A stretch of 48,372 bases of DNA, filler included, from Sphacelaria rigidula (taxonomy: Eukaryota): assembly GCA_964200075.2 (NCBI GenBank). It is 3 parts of 3 records of this genome, joined end to end, with 100 filler letters (N's around TTAATTAATTAA, not from the genome) between each part and the next. Parts side by side here need not be neighbours in the genome. Positions count along the whole stretch, not along the records: positions 32,317 to 48,372 come from CAXNAA020001500.1; 2 more parts are not named here. One strand, given 5' to 3'. Positions 47,468-48,372 of this stretch are shown in pieces; positions within the stretch are counted from its first letter, which is position 1; each line of letters starts with the position of its first letter. Under the pieces are notes generated by a model. It ran no database searches, was not told the DNA's origin, and worked only from the letters and a program-made list of their open reading frames with translations. Position numbers and translations under genes: made by a program.

Positions 47468-48296
47468 GTTGCCGGAAGGACTTTAATACTTTCTCAGTTT
47501 AACTCGTGTCGTGCATCTATCCTAATACTTCCTCTGTCCCATACGTGAGTAAAGTCCGTTATGATCACACGGACCCTTAACCGTGTCTGATGCCGTAGGC
47601 GATACATTTTTTTCAATCTTCAGTCTTTTTTTTTTGTAGAATCACGTCTTCTTTCGTTTCTGCTTGCGCAGCAGCCAGCGTGCGCTAACGGCCGATGAAC
47701 GATCAGTCGGCCCAGAAATGGCTATATGTCGCCCCTTTTCCAAAACACAGAGAAGAACCCTGGGAACCCGAAAAACGGCGAAGATCGCGAGAAAAAAGGA
47801 TAACTGGCTCTTTTTTCCCGGTTCATCGCAGGCACACGATAGCTACGCCTAGTCCGAAACCACTCGATTACATGGCAGCCTTCCATAACTTCAAAACAAG
47901 CCAAGTTCGTCGAAACTTGGCCGAAAATGTACAATGTACAGATTGGACCGAATTTTGTCGAAAATTGGCCCTGTTTGACCTCACGATTCTAAGGTTATAG
48001 GTTGTTCTTGTTTTTATTTTCTCCAGTGGCCATCTCCACAACTATATAGCTTCAAAGAACCCAACCATAACATCGTGAGCACCTTCGTTGGCGAGGTACG
48101 ACCTATCCTCCGTAGCGGACTTTACTTATGGGACACGAGAAGCACACAGAGCTCGTTGTGTCGTATCTACAATGTGCTGCTCTGATGGACCATTCCCTCC
48201 CTATATTTCGCCACATTATGCGCACCGGTGGTCTCATGGTCCGATTGTCGCCTTTAGGGTGAAGAGAACATGGGTCCGATGCCTGCCAGATGTTTT

Positions 48297-48372
48297 TTTT
48301 TGGGCAATGGCCTAGAAAAGGTATGCCTTCTCGTTTTTTGCCTAGGAAAGGTACGAAAAATGGCCAGAAACG
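48297..48372 (+). mobile_element. Truncated copy of the GGCCTAGAA-TIR MITE (see 20555-20798)
   Basis: Near-identical 5' end; cut by the window edge. Confidence 0.65.

Overview
Eukaryotic, intron-rich, repeat-rich DNA; the gene structure and repeat style suggest a stramenopile, probably a brown alga (inference). The window is not one locus. Two identical 100-nt spacers (N44-TTAATTAATTAA-N44) join three size-sorted contigs: 1-16059, 16160-32216 and 32317-48372. Contig 1 holds a 10-exon SelO-family protein adenylyltransferase gene on the - strand (about 830 aa, one probable GC-AG intron, no C-terminal Cys/Sec motif). It converges on a gene of at least 4 exons on the + strand for a conserved unknown protein (DIGREKGTWMP motif). 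Contig 3 holds a complete 5-exon 60S ribosomal protein eL28 gene on the - strand (157 aa). Contig 2 is mostly mobile DNA: tRNA-derived SINEs, a stack of about 100-bp piggyBac-type MITEs joined at TTAA sites, and a hAT/P-type element with an 8-bp TSD inserted into the B-box of a second SINE family. It also has orphan exons and a single-copy 326-nt foldback resembling a long algal pre-miRNA. Most ORFs in the supplied track are spurious. No CRISPR array, rRNA or intact tRNA was found.
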